A stretch of DNA of 64,000 nucleotides from Ginglymostoma cirratum (lineage: Eukaryota): positions 2,366,928 to 2,430,927 of the forward strand of contig JAHRHZ010000068.1 of NCBI GenBank assembly GCA_024137785.1, in the 5' to 3' direction. Position 1 is the first letter of the stretch. The number at the start of each line of letters is the position of its first letter. The notes beneath the pieces are model-generated. The model ran no database searches, was not told the DNA's origin, and worked only from the letters and a program-made list of their open reading frames with translations. Positions 38,096-51,300 of the stretch are shown here, one piece after another. The translations under genes were made by a program, and so were the position numbers.

Positions 38096-40499
38096 TTTCA
38101 CTTGAGGAAGCTTCCTCCTTGTACTGAACAGGGACTCAGTGAACAGAATGTAGAGGTGCCATTTATAGAACTTTACTCACAGAATGAGCCCCTTATAGGT
38201 GGGTTTTATCCCAAGTTTTCCCATGCCAGGGTTACTCATTTTTCTGGAAACTATATGGCAGGTGGGAAGATAGTACCTCTCTAAAATAAAGAGCAGTCCA
38301 AGGAAACTGAAAAGTCTAGAGAAAGCTTGCAGAGTTCTCCAAAGATGCTGAAAGCCACAGAAGGTTCAAATGTGAGGGTTGAGGAAATCTAAAGAAAAGC
38401 CCATGGAATTGAAGCAGACAAAACCAGCTAGCAGTATTGGAACAGGATCCGAATGGAACCCAATGGAGGTAAAAAAAAAGTTCACAACCGGGTCAGTGGC
38501 ATTAAAAGAAGTCAAGCATGGACCCATGGAGTTTAAAATGCCTGAAACAACTGAAACAGAGGTTCAATGAGCAACCATCATCTTTCCAGATGCAAATAAG
38601 ATTCAGAGAAATTCCCTAGTGGACAAACAAAAAGTGAGAGAAACATTGTAATTTGTAGAAGAGCCATAGGGAATACAGCAGGAGTTGGGTAGCCAACTAG
38701 AGGCAACAGTATCCCAGAAGATATGGGTAATTAGGGGCAGATAAATAGAAAAAGGGGAAAGGGAAGTTAACGTACCCTAAAACAAATACCCCTCTGGATG
38801 CTACAAGTAGCATAGCAATGAAATCCTTGTAGAATTATTCACTGGTGAATCTACTTTGCAAGTTGAAATCTAAACCCAGCAACAATGTAGATGTGGAATT
38901 CATTGAAGATGAATCAAGCCTAACCACATTAACAGTGCTTAAAACCAAGTTGCATGCCTTTCACACCCTGGAATTAGTTTCCCAGTGTACCAGAAGCAAA
39001 TCTATTCGATTCATGGTCTGTAGAGGTGACCAGTGAAGGCAGTGAGAGGTTAGAATTTGTAACCACACCTAAATGCAGTGAAGAATATTTGCATAATACA
39101 AGCAAATCTCTGCAGCAGCTTATGGGTGACAATTCTAACTGCAGTGATAGCAACATGGTTGATTTCTAGACCCAATGTTAGAGAACATCCAAACCCACAA
39201 ATGAGCCATTATCAGGATTAAATGAAGAGAAAAATTATTCTGCATCAATACCTGACCTAAAAGTAATCAATAAGGTTGAGAACCCTAATTTAACACTATG
39301 AAGCCTGTGCTTTTGCAACTGTAACTAAAAAACGGGGGCAAAAGTTTTGTCTGATTAACTAAACATACTCTTACTTAGTTAACCAAAAACAAACTACCAT
39401 ATAGCATGGCTATAACAGTAAAGTTAAAAATGTGTAGGTTTGTGTGCATCTGTGTGTGTTGCTTTTGTTTTGTCCCTTGTAAGGAAACATATCTCCAGTT
39501 CATGCTTCAGTCCTCATGGTATCATGAAAATGTGCTTTATCAAAGATTAACTTTTAATTTCATGGATTGGTTTCACAGATTAAACTTTTATAAAAAGCTA
39601 CTTCACCAAAACAAAGTGACATTGAATTAAAATGGCTACTTTGCTTCTATATAGCTACGTTCCATTTCATAGAGACGCGAAGAGTGTGCAGACCTCAACA
39701 GAGACATTGATCGCCCAGGAGTTGTGAAAAGCTTGGTTCCTCCTACATACAGATGGAAGAATGAACCATTCCGGGGTTAAATGCTGGAGAGCATTAAATA
39801 TTAATCCTCTCAACTTCCCAATGGCTAAGAGAAACTATACCAGACATGAACCAATTAAATTCACTCTGGAAGTTACAACTGCTGTTTGAGCTACTGTTGA
39901 CCAAGTTGGACAGGAGTTATATCACCCAGTTCTTTGTATATGGATGCTGGGATTGGAACAGACAGATATAAATTACCTGCCTCTCATTCTTTCTCTCTCA
40001 ACAACTTTCCATTTGACTCTTGAATCCCGTTAATTGAGTTTGAATTGTGCCTACATTCCAGGAAATAAAGAACCTCTGTGGAAGAAAGTCAATGGATTTC
40101 TACAAGTGCCTCCAGGAGAAAAGGGACATACCAGCCACAAACTAGAAACACAACTGCCTCAGCTGAGAATCAAAATTTTCAGATACAACTAATGAATCTT
40201 TATTGAACTGCCTTTGCATTTGTTCCTGATCTCGTCTGATGTTAGCTTCACATACTCTATAATTTGTGTTTTGGCATGTTTAGATTTGAGTGTCATTGTG
40301 AAAAATGGGGCATACTTTTATACTTAAACCTGCTTAATTTTAATTTAGGCAGGTTTTAACACAAGAAACCAACTCCTTCCTTGTTTAACACAAGTAAACC
40401 TGTTTTGTTTTTGCAACTAGCATGTTCGTGCTTAAGTAAACGCACTGAATTGTCTAAACAATCAAATCTCTGCTATAATTTCAACACTTCTCACCTTGT

Positions 40500-40990
40500 A
40501 GTACAACCTGCAGTCTATGTGTGATCATTTACCAGGGCATCCAAATCCCAAAGTCCAGCAATCTCACTCCATGTATGCTGCATTTACCAAAGAGGGCAAG
40601 TTCACATTTTCCGACATTGTATTCCAAATGCCAATTTTTCACCACTTATTTAACTTATCTTTATTTCTTTGTAGAGTCTGAATTCTCTTCATAATTTACT
40701 TTGCTACTTATCTTGATGCCATTGGCAAATTTAGCTATTGTACATTTAGTCCCTTCATCCAAGTTATTGTTATGGATTGTATCAAGACCCAGCACTGATC
40801 CTTTTGGCACTCCACTACTAACAGATTGACAATCCAAAAAATACTCATTTTTCCTTACTGTCACCTCCTATTAGCTAATCAATGTATGTACCATGACCTC
40901 CAATCTTGCATAGTAACCTTCGGCAACTTATCAAATCATGTCAACAGCTTTGCCTTTACTCACCTTGTTTGTTACTTCCTCAAGAACTCA
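40500..40990 (-). mobile_element. CR1 RT fragment
   Basis: Minus ORF reads SVSSGVPKGSVLG...NNLDEGTKCTIAKFANG. Confidence 0.8.
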
Positions 40991-40991
40991 A

Positions 40992-41075
40992 ATGACGTAG
41001 TGACTCTCACGTTACCACCACCAGTCATCTCTCTCTAATGAGAGGGCAACCCTCCAGGTCTATGGTGACTTTACA
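40992..41075 (+). mobile_element. SINE 3' fragment (same family as 62370-62570)
   Basis: ccaccaccagtcatctctctctaatgagag...tatggtgactttac. Confidence 0.6.
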
Positions 41076-41139
41076 TGGGACTGAAGAATTTTGAAAGTTA
41101 TTCCAATACTTAAGAATAGGGAAAGAGTAAACTGCAAAA

Positions 41140-41580
41140 CTGCAGCTATGCTTCATAAATAGAATACAAAAACAAAATTGTTATGTTTAAAACAATGGTT
41201 CACCTTCAACTGGAGTATTGCATCCAATTTTGGGCACCAAACTTAAGGAAGGCATAGATGAAAATCCATGAAAATTTCATGAGAATGGTTTCAGGGATGA
41301 AAACTTCAGTTAGGCGGATAGATTGGAGATGACAATGGGTTTCTCCTTGTGCAAGGGAAGCTTAAGAGGATATTTGATAGAAGCGTTCAAAATTATGAGG
41401 GGCTTGGACAGAGCAGATAGAGAGACACTGCTCCCAATGGCTCAGATTTAAGTGAGGCCTTTAAAAAAAGGTAGTTATCTGAAGAGGCAATATTAGCAGG
41501 GTCTTTGGGTAAAGGCAAGGGAAGGGATAAGTGGGGTGCTCTTGCAGAAAACTAGAATGGACATAACAGTCAAATATGTG
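41140..41580 (+). mobile_element. Degenerate CR1 3' fragment
   Basis: ctggagtattgcatccaattttgggcacca (LEYCIQFWAP) and ttaagaggatatttgatagaagcgttcaaaattatg (LRG.LIEAFKIM). Confidence 0.8.
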
Positions 41581-43343
41581 AACCCAACAAATGCTGCAAA
41601 CCCAACAGATTTGGGCACCTTGGCTCTCTGTCTCAGTTCATGGCACCACAGGCTCCCCATTGAATTTTAAAAAGAGCCAATGATGAGAAAGTTTGATGCC
41701 AAGGAGACCTTCAGCAGCTTTGGCATAGTTCTTCCTGCTAAACATTTAAGGCTCAACCTGCATAACAGTTTCATTTTCATATTGTTAACTTTCATATGCA
41801 GTGGCGTGTGAATGGTTCTACATGGCTGATTGTACATTAGTTCTCACCTGCTCCCAAAATTGCTGTGAAATCTTAATGGTCCTTGATTTGAACAGGTACT
41901 AAACGATGGGTCATGGCTGGCAGATGGCTGGTTTTAGCACTTAGAAATTAGTGACTCTCCGTTTGTACTAAGTGTTTGCCTTCAATTTAAAGGCTTTAAT
42001 GGACTGCTTGCACAATAGTTTTTTTTCCAATTTCATTTCTGATTTCATCTTTCAAATGTGTTTTTGTTCTGCCTAAGCAAGCAGAAACATACTTGGGGAG
42101 CCTCCCACTTGCACTGCACGTTCAAAGATGTCGTGGTTTGGAGGGGGCACTGCAGCAAAATGGTTGTTGTAAAGTTTTCTTTTGATTCATTCTCCTGTAC
42201 CGTCTCCTCTTCCAACTATGCTTTCATTACAATTACTTTTGATCACCATCTTTTTCTCCCTCCCCTCTGACCTACTTCAGTCACCTCCACACCACCCCCA
42301 CAACTGTTCATCTTGACTGATTTGTGATCTCCTTGGACATTCCTTCTCCTCCACCTGATCAAACTCACATTGACATCTCCCTGCCCAACCTCACTACACT
42401 CCCTTGAGTCAGTTCCATTGCTATTTCTCCCTCTCCATCTCACCAAGTTACCTCATTATGTTCCTCATCCGTAATATCCTTATTGCCCGTTTAACTGGGA
42501 TTCTCCAGGTCCTCTCAGTTTGTCCCCTCCAGTCTCCATAGTCAGACAATTATAGATGAATTGCCTTCCTTTCCTTTACTGTCATATGAACTTTGTGTCA
42601 ATTTCAGCAGACCTTTATATTGCATATCCATTTACTTAATTGTCCCTTCTAAGTTGAACCTCCTTTTGTGTTCAGACTGTTTGCCTGTCCTGCTCATGTT
42701 TACTTGGTTGAACCAGTGTGGCTATCTCAATGGGGCAGGTTGGTGGACCTCATTAGCCTTCACCTCTGAAACTGTAATTTGATTGGGGAAGTCTGGGCTC
42801 CAACGACTGAGCTGTTCAATGTAGTCAGCCATCATCAAGTCACTGTTAGTGCTTGCGCAAAAAGAAGGCATGTTTCCGAAGGAGCCAAATACTCACTGGA
42901 GCTTGGAGAAAACAGTTCATGTCACCAAGTACATCTAATGTGTACGGCTTGGTTTGCAGATACTTGTGTTTGCATAACATAATTCCATTCAATTGGGGTA
43001 GTGACATGTTGACATGTCAGGCTATTGAATGGAAAAGAGGTAAGCTAATATGCCTGAAAGCTCCTAAGAATAGTCTATAAAAATTGTAATTTGTCATCAG
43101 GAAATTGATATTTTTCCTCCCACTCAAATATTTTCTCCACCATAAAATCTGTGGGCAGGCCTGAAAAGTATGCCCGAGCCACTGTCAAACTGCTGATCTA
43201 AAGTGACTGGTACAAATCCTTTCTATTATCAAACAAGAACAGTTATCTGTACCTGCTTTGGAAGCTGAGTAACCAGTCCCCATCAAGTGTTTTTCTTTAA
43301 TCAGTTTCATAATTTTTCTTTAAAATTCAAGTTATTTTTCTGA

Positions 43344-43448
43344 TCAGCCTGGTCAGAGATGTTATTACACACCTCTGAAGCAGGTGGGATTGACCCCTGG
43401 CCTCCCAGTCCAGGTGTGGGAATGCTACCACTGAATCACAAGAGGGCC
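43344..43448 (-). mobile_element. tRNA-derived SINE head
   Basis: Minus strand has a cagtggtagcatt A-box-like and a ggggtcaatccc B-box-like sequence. Confidence 0.55.
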
Positions 43449-46073
43449 TTATAATTTTGGTTCATCTTGTATTGGAATAGGGAACACCAGTGTGTACGAG
43501 CAGAATGACAAAATGATAATGCCTTTGAAAGTGCTCAGAGAAGGGTTTGCAGAGTCTTCTTGGCCCATATTACCATAGTTACTCAGTTACGTTGTACATC
43601 ATGATCTGGAGACATGCAAAAATAGGCACCACAAACAGTGATGTTCTTTCACAAGATCACCAAACTCCAAATCGAACTCCAAACTTAACTTCTTGCTGCC
43701 CACAGAGAGATCTCAAAGCAGCTACCAGCTAAAATACTAAATGAGTTAAATTAAAATGTTAAATTACAAGATTCAAGGATGTCAACGCCATATTTCATCA
43801 GCACAGTGAATAAACTCTAATGACTGCTAAACATTGAATCCTGATCACATAAAGACCCTAATGTAATAACTAATATTTTAATTTTCTCTGCTCTTTCTAT
43901 TTTGTTTTTGCAGTTTAATATCTTACTTGAAAAAAATGATTACGTGCAAACAGTAGCTCCATTTGACTATTGGCCGTAACGGAAAGTGACTTTAAAAAAT
44001 AAAGTGTTGATGAATGAATGAATAAATAAATAAATAGCTACCATTGTGAAAAATAATATTAGGATATCTGGGATTTATAAATTGAAGAATATCATATTAA
44101 AAAAGATCATGCCAGAACTTTAACAAGCCCAATGGCCTCCCCCCTGTGATATCAGTAGCAGAAATCAGCTGTCATTGTTGTCACGTTTCAGAGTTTCTCT
44201 CCATGAAGAACAGCTGGTTTTGTCACACTATTATCTCAAACTCACTGCATTAATTAGGTTGCACAGCCCATGGTGGGCTGATTGTCTATACTTGTCAGAT
44301 TTTCCGACTCACAACAGTGAGAAGTATTCACTACTGCCAAAATGTCTGATCTTTAAATTCAGTACCATGTTTGAAGTCCAACCATCAGCCCAGTCAAGTG
44401 CTCACAGTCCAGAATTACCCTTCATTGTGCACGTGGTGAGACAGTAATCACAACCAAAGCTTCTCAGGGCACATAAGTGGCTGAGCTGATGCGTTCCCAC
44501 ATCCAATGCTGTTCAAGCACCAGGGGACGCAGCTTACCTATCCTTAGCCACATTACACTGTGCAACCCTCTCTAAGTTCCTGCTACTCTTTTTCTGAGGT
44601 TTTGAGGTGTGGATGAGGGGACAAAGTACAAAAAGTCAGGATAAGGCTGTAAGCATCAAAGCAGGCCGAGAAAGTGGGCAAGCAGCCCTGAGATGCCCCA
44701 GTCCCATACCATGACCTGAATGTTTGTCCCTAAGCGCAAAGTGCCTTTGCAATAACATTGCAATGAAAGGTACTGGCATGTTCCAATGTGCAACATTGAA
44801 GTGCAGCAGATTGGCGATGTGCCATGATGTTGTTATGAGGATCATACATCTTAGATGCCCAGTTCCGTGGATGTGGGCTGCATGTGATTGCTGCCTATGA
44901 AGTGTGCCCTGAGGTAATGGTGCCAAATACCCAAGACGGAAGCCAGGAAGAGCAAGTGGTGAGCTGCAGTCTTTGGGTAAACATACGAACTTCCATGTGG
45001 CGAATTTTCCACTTCAAGATTCTAACTGGTGAGAGGACATGATGGGAAACTATATATTAATGAGGAAGAATTTGGTAGTAATGAGGGTGATAATGAGTGA
45101 TAATCCATGTAAATGGGTCTTTCATCTCTCACTCGCAAGAATCTGGTCTCACTGTCCAACATGGTTAGAAAATTAGACTTTATGATCTTAGTGTCATGAA
45201 GATGCTTGCTGGACATCTCACCCAATTTTCCCAACGCTCACACAACGGCACCCATCATTCAGGTGGTCAGAAGATTTCATCCTAATATAGTATGATATAG
45301 AAGCCTTGATATTATTGACTATTTATGGTAATTTCTCCTTGTTAACAGCATTTTATAGCACTTTTCAGTTTCTGTTTTATTTGTCACGTTTCCAACATTA
45401 TTCTCAGAAGTTTATTAATAAGAAGTCTTCCCTTCTAATATTGCTTTGGCAACAAAGGTGGACAAAATGGATATAGAGAACTTTTCTCTAATATTTTCTC
45501 CAACTTTGCTCTGATAGGCACCTACTAACTTATTGTGATGAATTCTGGAACTGGTCATATTATGATCGTTGAATGGAAACTCTTTGTCATCAACCAGGCT
45601 TCATTTATACAAGGAAGGGTTTAGCTTCCACATTGTTCTAGTGTTATTAATTTGGGTGTAGATTATGACAGACTGCATTATTATATCCCGTACAGTCTAT
45701 TTCCAGTTCATTTGGTGGTTGGTGCTTGAAAATACAGAAAGTATGTTGTACAATGTTATTGCTGAATTTGCAACCTTAGCAACACTGGTCGCATGGGACA
45801 TTTTCATATTCTTGAAATACAACGATAGGACAGCAGATTCTTTTAAATTGTAAATTTTAAATTGTAAAAGATAATATATACCCACTGCGAAATATTGCAA
45901 AGCAATGGATTGCTGTAAGGAAAGTGACCTCTCAAAAAATTTGTCAACACTTTGAAACTTTTCAGATGGCGATTACTTATGCTACAGTTTGACTCTGTTG
46001 AAGTTGCCTGTGATCTGTGCAGTTAAAGTTGCAGATGTCTGCCTGATCAACATAAATCCCCTTGATGCGTCAG

Positions 46074-46434
46074 TTTTATTTCTTTATTCATTCACGGGAT
46101 GAGGATGTCACTGGCTAGGCAGCATTTATTGCCAAAACCTAATTGCCCAAAGGGTAGTTATGAGTCAACCACATTGCTGTAGGTCTGGAGTCACATGTAG
46201 GCCAGACCAGATAAGGGTGGCAGTTTCCTTCCCCAAAGGACATTAGTGAACCAGATTGGCTTTTCCAACAATCAACAATGGATACATGGTCGTCATTAGA
46301 CTCTTAATTCCAGATATTTATTGAATTCTAATTCTACTGTCTGCCGTGGTGGGATTTGAGCCCGGGTCCCTAGAACATTGTCTGTGTCTCTGGATGAGCA
46401 GTTCAGCAATAATTCCACTAAGCCGTCACCTCCC
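46074..46434 (-). mobile_element. tRNA-derived SINE with L2/CR1-group tail
   Basis: Minus head gggaggtgacggcttagtgg...cccgggctcaaatccc. The tail gcaataaatgctgcctagccagtgacatcctcatcccgtgaatgaataaa is shared with the LINE end at 59364-59532. Confidence 0.85.
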
Positions 46435-46752
46435 GGTGATGCTGGAAAATAAGGATGGGATTAAGACTGTATCTAGTGAGAAGGTAAATGTATGTTGCAA
46501 TGCTGACCCATATTAGCTCCAATAGACCACACACAGAAATTTAACCCCAGTTTCTTATTCAAAGATTATAATAGATTCCACAAATAAACTGCGCATCTTG
46601 TGATCTGGGTTCCAGGTTGTACAGCCCAGGGTCAGTAATTATTAACTTTATGAGAGTCTATTATTATGAGTAGAGCACTATTGTTGCTTTTTGATTTAAT
46701 TAAATCAGCGTAGCATGCAATTCCATCTTCCAAAAGAATCATATTCATAAAT

Positions 46753-48333
46753 GGACACCACCCCAAGGTCTCCTACCCTCCCTTGACCTCTTCATCTCCA
46801 ACTGCCGTCGAGACATCAATCGCCTCAACCTCTCTACCCCTCTCAAACACTCCAACCTCTCCCCCGCAGAACGTGCAGCCCTCCACTCCCTCCGCTCCAA
46901 TCCCAACCTCACCATAAAACCCGCGGACAAGGGAGGGGCAGTCGTAGTATGGCGCACTGACCTCTACATTGCTGAGGCCAGGCACCAACTCTCTGACACC
47001 TCCTTCTACTGCCCCCTGGATCATGATCCCACCCCCGAGCCCCAAACCATCCACAACCTCATCACCTCAGGTGACCTCCCACCCATCGCCTCCAACCTCA
47101 TCGTTCCCCAACCCCGCACCGCCCGCTTCGATCTCCTCCCCAAAATCCACAAACCTGAATGCCCTGGTCAACCCATTGTCTCCGCCTGCTCCTGCCCCAC
47201 CGAACTCATCTCCACCTACCTAGACTCCATTTTCACCCCCTTGGTCCAGGAACACCCTACCTACGTCTGTGACACCACCCACGCCCTCCACCTCCTCCAG
47301 AACTTCCAATTCCCAGGTCCCCAACACCTCATTTTTACCATGGACTTCCAGTCCCTATATACCTGTATTCCCCATGCTGATGGCCTAAAGGCCCTCCGCT
47401 TCTTCCTGTCCCGCAGAACGGACCAATCCCCCTCCACCGACACCCTCATCCGCCTAGCCGAACTCGTCCTTACCCTCAACAACTTTTCTTTCAATTCCTC
47501 CCACTTCCTACAGACAAAGGGGGTGGCCATGGGTACCCGCATGGGCCCAAGCTATGCCTGCCTCTTTGTAGTTATGTGGAACAATCCCTCTTCCGTACCT
47601 ACACTGGCCCTAAACCCCACCTCTTCCTCCGTTACATTGATGACTGCATCGGCGCCGCCTCGTGCTCCCACGAGGAGCTCGAACAGTTCATCCAATTCAC
47701 CAACACCTTCCACCCCAACCTGAAGTTCACCTGGACCATCTCCAACACTTCTCTCTCCTTCCTGGACCTCTCTGTCTCCATCTCGGGCAACCACCTAGAG
47801 ACAGATGTCCATTTCAAGCCCACTGACTCCCACAGCTACCTGGAATACACCTCCTCCCACCCACCCTCCTGCAAAAATGCCATCCCCTATTCCCAATTCC
47901 TTCGCCTCNNNNNNNNNNNNNNNNNNNNNNNNNNNNNNNNNNNNNNNNNNNNNNNNNNNNNNNNNNNNNNNNNNNNNNNNNNNNNNNNNNNNNNNNNNNN
48001 NNNNNNNNNNNNNNNNNNNNNNNNNNNNNNNNNNNNNNNNNNNNNNNNNNNNNNNNNNNNNNNNNNNNNNNNNNNNNNNNNNNNNNNNNNNNNNNNNNNN
48101 NNNNNNNNNNNNNNNNNNNNNNNNNNNNNNNNNNNNNNNNNNNNNNNNNNNNNNNNNNNNNNNNNNNNNNNNNNNNNNNNNNNNNNNNNNNNNNNNNNNN
48201 NNNNNNNNNNNNNNNNNNNNNNNNNNNNNNNNNNNNNNNNNNNNNNNNNNNNNNNNNNNNNNNNNNNNNNNNNNNNNNNNNNNNNNNNNNNNNNNNNNNN
48301 NNNNNNNNTTCATCCAGCCCCATGCTTGTTATC
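46753..48333 (+). mobile_element. 5'-truncated Penelope-like retroelement (RT coding, C-rich)
   Basis: The frame contains IKPADKG, LPKIHK, TMDFQSLYT and GVAMGTRMGPSYACLFV. After a 1-nt frameshift at about 47570 it has RYIDD, FLDL and SHPP..K.AIPYSQFLRL. The family-A tail follows the gap. TSD tcatattcataaat at 46739-46752 and 48334-48347. A GIY-YIG domain, if present, lies in the gap. Confidence 0.93.
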
Positions 48334-51300
48334 TCATATTCATAAATCACAGTTTTTATTTTGAAATTCATTCTGTAATCCTCTGATTGACAAAGAACAC
48401 TAATTGTTCAATTCTGATTTTCTTAGAAGGTAGAATTGCTCAACAAACTGAATTAAATTGTTGTACTGCTCGGTCCCCAACAATGCAGACTTTCATAATA
48501 GCTTCCTGACTGTGTAATACAATATTGCAGATAGTTGAAGGATCACTTCAAAATACAATGATGCAACTTTTAATGTTTGGCTGAGCTGATCACCTGGATG
48601 AAAATAAGGCGGGTGGATTTGTTTGTCACTACAAGTTTTTATTGATGATCAATTTGGAAGACTCGTTCCAAATTTGTGTCTTTCTTCAGGAACATCAATC
48701 TCATGAAACTGGGGAAATCACTGTCTTAACTGTTTTAAATGTAGTTCTTCAGGTTCACACAACCATTTTCAGGACAATGATACCTCGTAACTAATGTAAA
48801 TAGCTTACTTATTTTTAATACTGTCTATTAGGTATCTACAATTTACCATTAATCCTTCCACTTCCTTCTGCTCTCAGTGCCAAAGGCACTGCTGTTGATA
48901 CTAAGAACATTACTTTCTTACTATCAAACCCTGCTGCCCTGCTGCCTCTCTTTCTACCAGCCTTGCTTCTGATCTTGCTAATAGCGAACCTGCTTCTCTT
49001 CCCACAGATGTTGCACCATTGCTGAGAACAACAATATTCTTAGCTTAGGGCTTGGGGGAGTATTTCTAAAAGTTGGGATTAGATTTGGGAACAGTGTTTC
49101 ACTGGAGATAGGTTCAAGATATCGTAAATTTGTTAGTCCTACAGAACCGTTGTCATTTCCTAAGGCATTCATTGATGGAAGTGGGCATCTATGACTTTCA
49201 CGGCTGTGGGCCAAACCTAGCAGACTAATATTTGGAAGATAGTTGGCTTACATCTTGGACTCCTAATTTTGCAAGGGCTTGTTCAGCTTTCTGTGGGCAT
49301 GTAGTCGTAATTAATCAGACATATTAAAACAGCAAGAATAAAACCACTATTGTTTCAACAAAATGGCAGTTTTTTTTACTAGTCTCATTAGATGATTGAA
49401 ATAGAGAGAAATCCAAGTTATTTTTAACCTAACTTATGATTTATTTTTGCAAAACATTTATTTCTACAAAGTCAGAATGGTATTGAGATATATAATGGAA
49501 ACATGCCCTGACACAATGAGTATCAGCACTAATTTTTGAAGATCATAGCTCTAAAAAACAGCAAACTGTGCTGATGATAAAGGGTCATTCAAATAACATA
49601 ACAAAATAATAAAGTGTTTTTTCTGGTTTATTTATATGTTGATTGGCTAGGAAAGTGTCTAATCACACACAAAAAAAATCTTACCTACATCATTGACATG
49701 GAAAAGAGAGTTGATTGAAGACGAGACTTGTTCAGTTGAAGCTTGTTAACCCCTCAATCATATGCCCCCTCAATCATAGTCCAATTTACAAGTTCAACTT
49801 ATATTTCCAAATTTAATTCAAAGATTAGAGATATTACTTGTTTTGCAAAATGTTTTTGATTAGAAAAACATAACTGTTACATTGGACGCAGCTTTAAAAA
49901 AGACAGAAATCTGAAACATGCTATTGACGTGTACATTTAAGAAGTTAAACTTGTAAAACTATTTGACAAATTAAGACAATTTAAGAATGTATCGTTCCCC
50001 TGAGAAAAAAATTGATGTTTGATTGTTTCCGAATGAATCCAGACATTTGCACAGTATGACAAGTATATGCACAGGATGGTCACTAGAACATTTTGTTCCA
50101 CACTCCAAGCACTTTCCAGGAGCTTGTGGACAGAAACTCTTCATACTTACAAACACCATTCTATTGAATACAGTTTATATGCATCGCTTGAATTGAATCC
50201 CAGGAGAGACTTGAAAGGAAATGCAATTTCTGGTAATAACGGCTCATAGCAGAGAATACTACCTACTTATCCCAGCAATTTCCAGCAATTTCTGACTCCT
50301 TTCAGAATTAACCTTTCATATCAAAGGAGCAATTCTGCACACAAGAGACAGCAGCGCAATTTCATGCATAATTTATTCGCACTGTTCAACACACAACACA
50401 AAGTCCTTGACTTTGTCAAGGTGGATTTTACTGGCAGTCCTTCCAGCCAAGAGAATATAAGTCTGGGCTGTGTAATGTAACCTCATAACCCCCACTGATT
50501 TGACCATAAAATGGTATTTACCCAAGAAAGCCAGGCTAATATATATTTTAAGAAAAATGACAATGGGCCTTTTATTATTAATCATACCTTGTAATACATT
50601 ATCTTAGATTGTTTAATTTGTAATGTTCTGTTTTTAACCCTATTTAATATCTGATGCTGATTTCAGCTAGCATCTCGTACTTCCATCGTCTACTCCATTA
50701 TTTTAATATACACACAGCATATCCTAAGTCTATGCAAGGTTCAGACTAAAGACATTCAAAACTATATGCGGAATGATCAACACTTAAAATACATAAAAGT
50801 GAAAATATAGCAAAATCTCCCTTGCTTTATATTTGAACAGTAACTAGCCTTCTTATATAGAATTCCAAGAATATGCCTTCTCTGGAACTAGATTTAGAGT
50901 CAAATTGTCCTTAATTGACATCAAATGTCTTTTATAAAATGAGAATATATATAGCATATACCCCAGTTCCATTTCGGCTTTTATTTTAGCAAGTTTAAAT
51001 GTTCACGTATGCATTCACAATAGCAAAACATTGCGCACCTAGTGAAACCTCTATATATGTATAAAAGATAACGAGGAGTTCATGAAAAAAGAATATGATT
51101 GAAAAGTCAAAACAAGCTCAGTATTGTTAAACTGTCACAATGATAGAAGGCTCACTTATCAAATGTGAATCAATCTCCCCAGAGAACCAGCAATCATGTT
51201 TATCTCATTCACACTAAGCAATATCACTATTAATTTCTGCAAACATTTTTATGGCTATTGAAGATTTCAATTATATGAGCACAAACAACTTACAAGTTTT

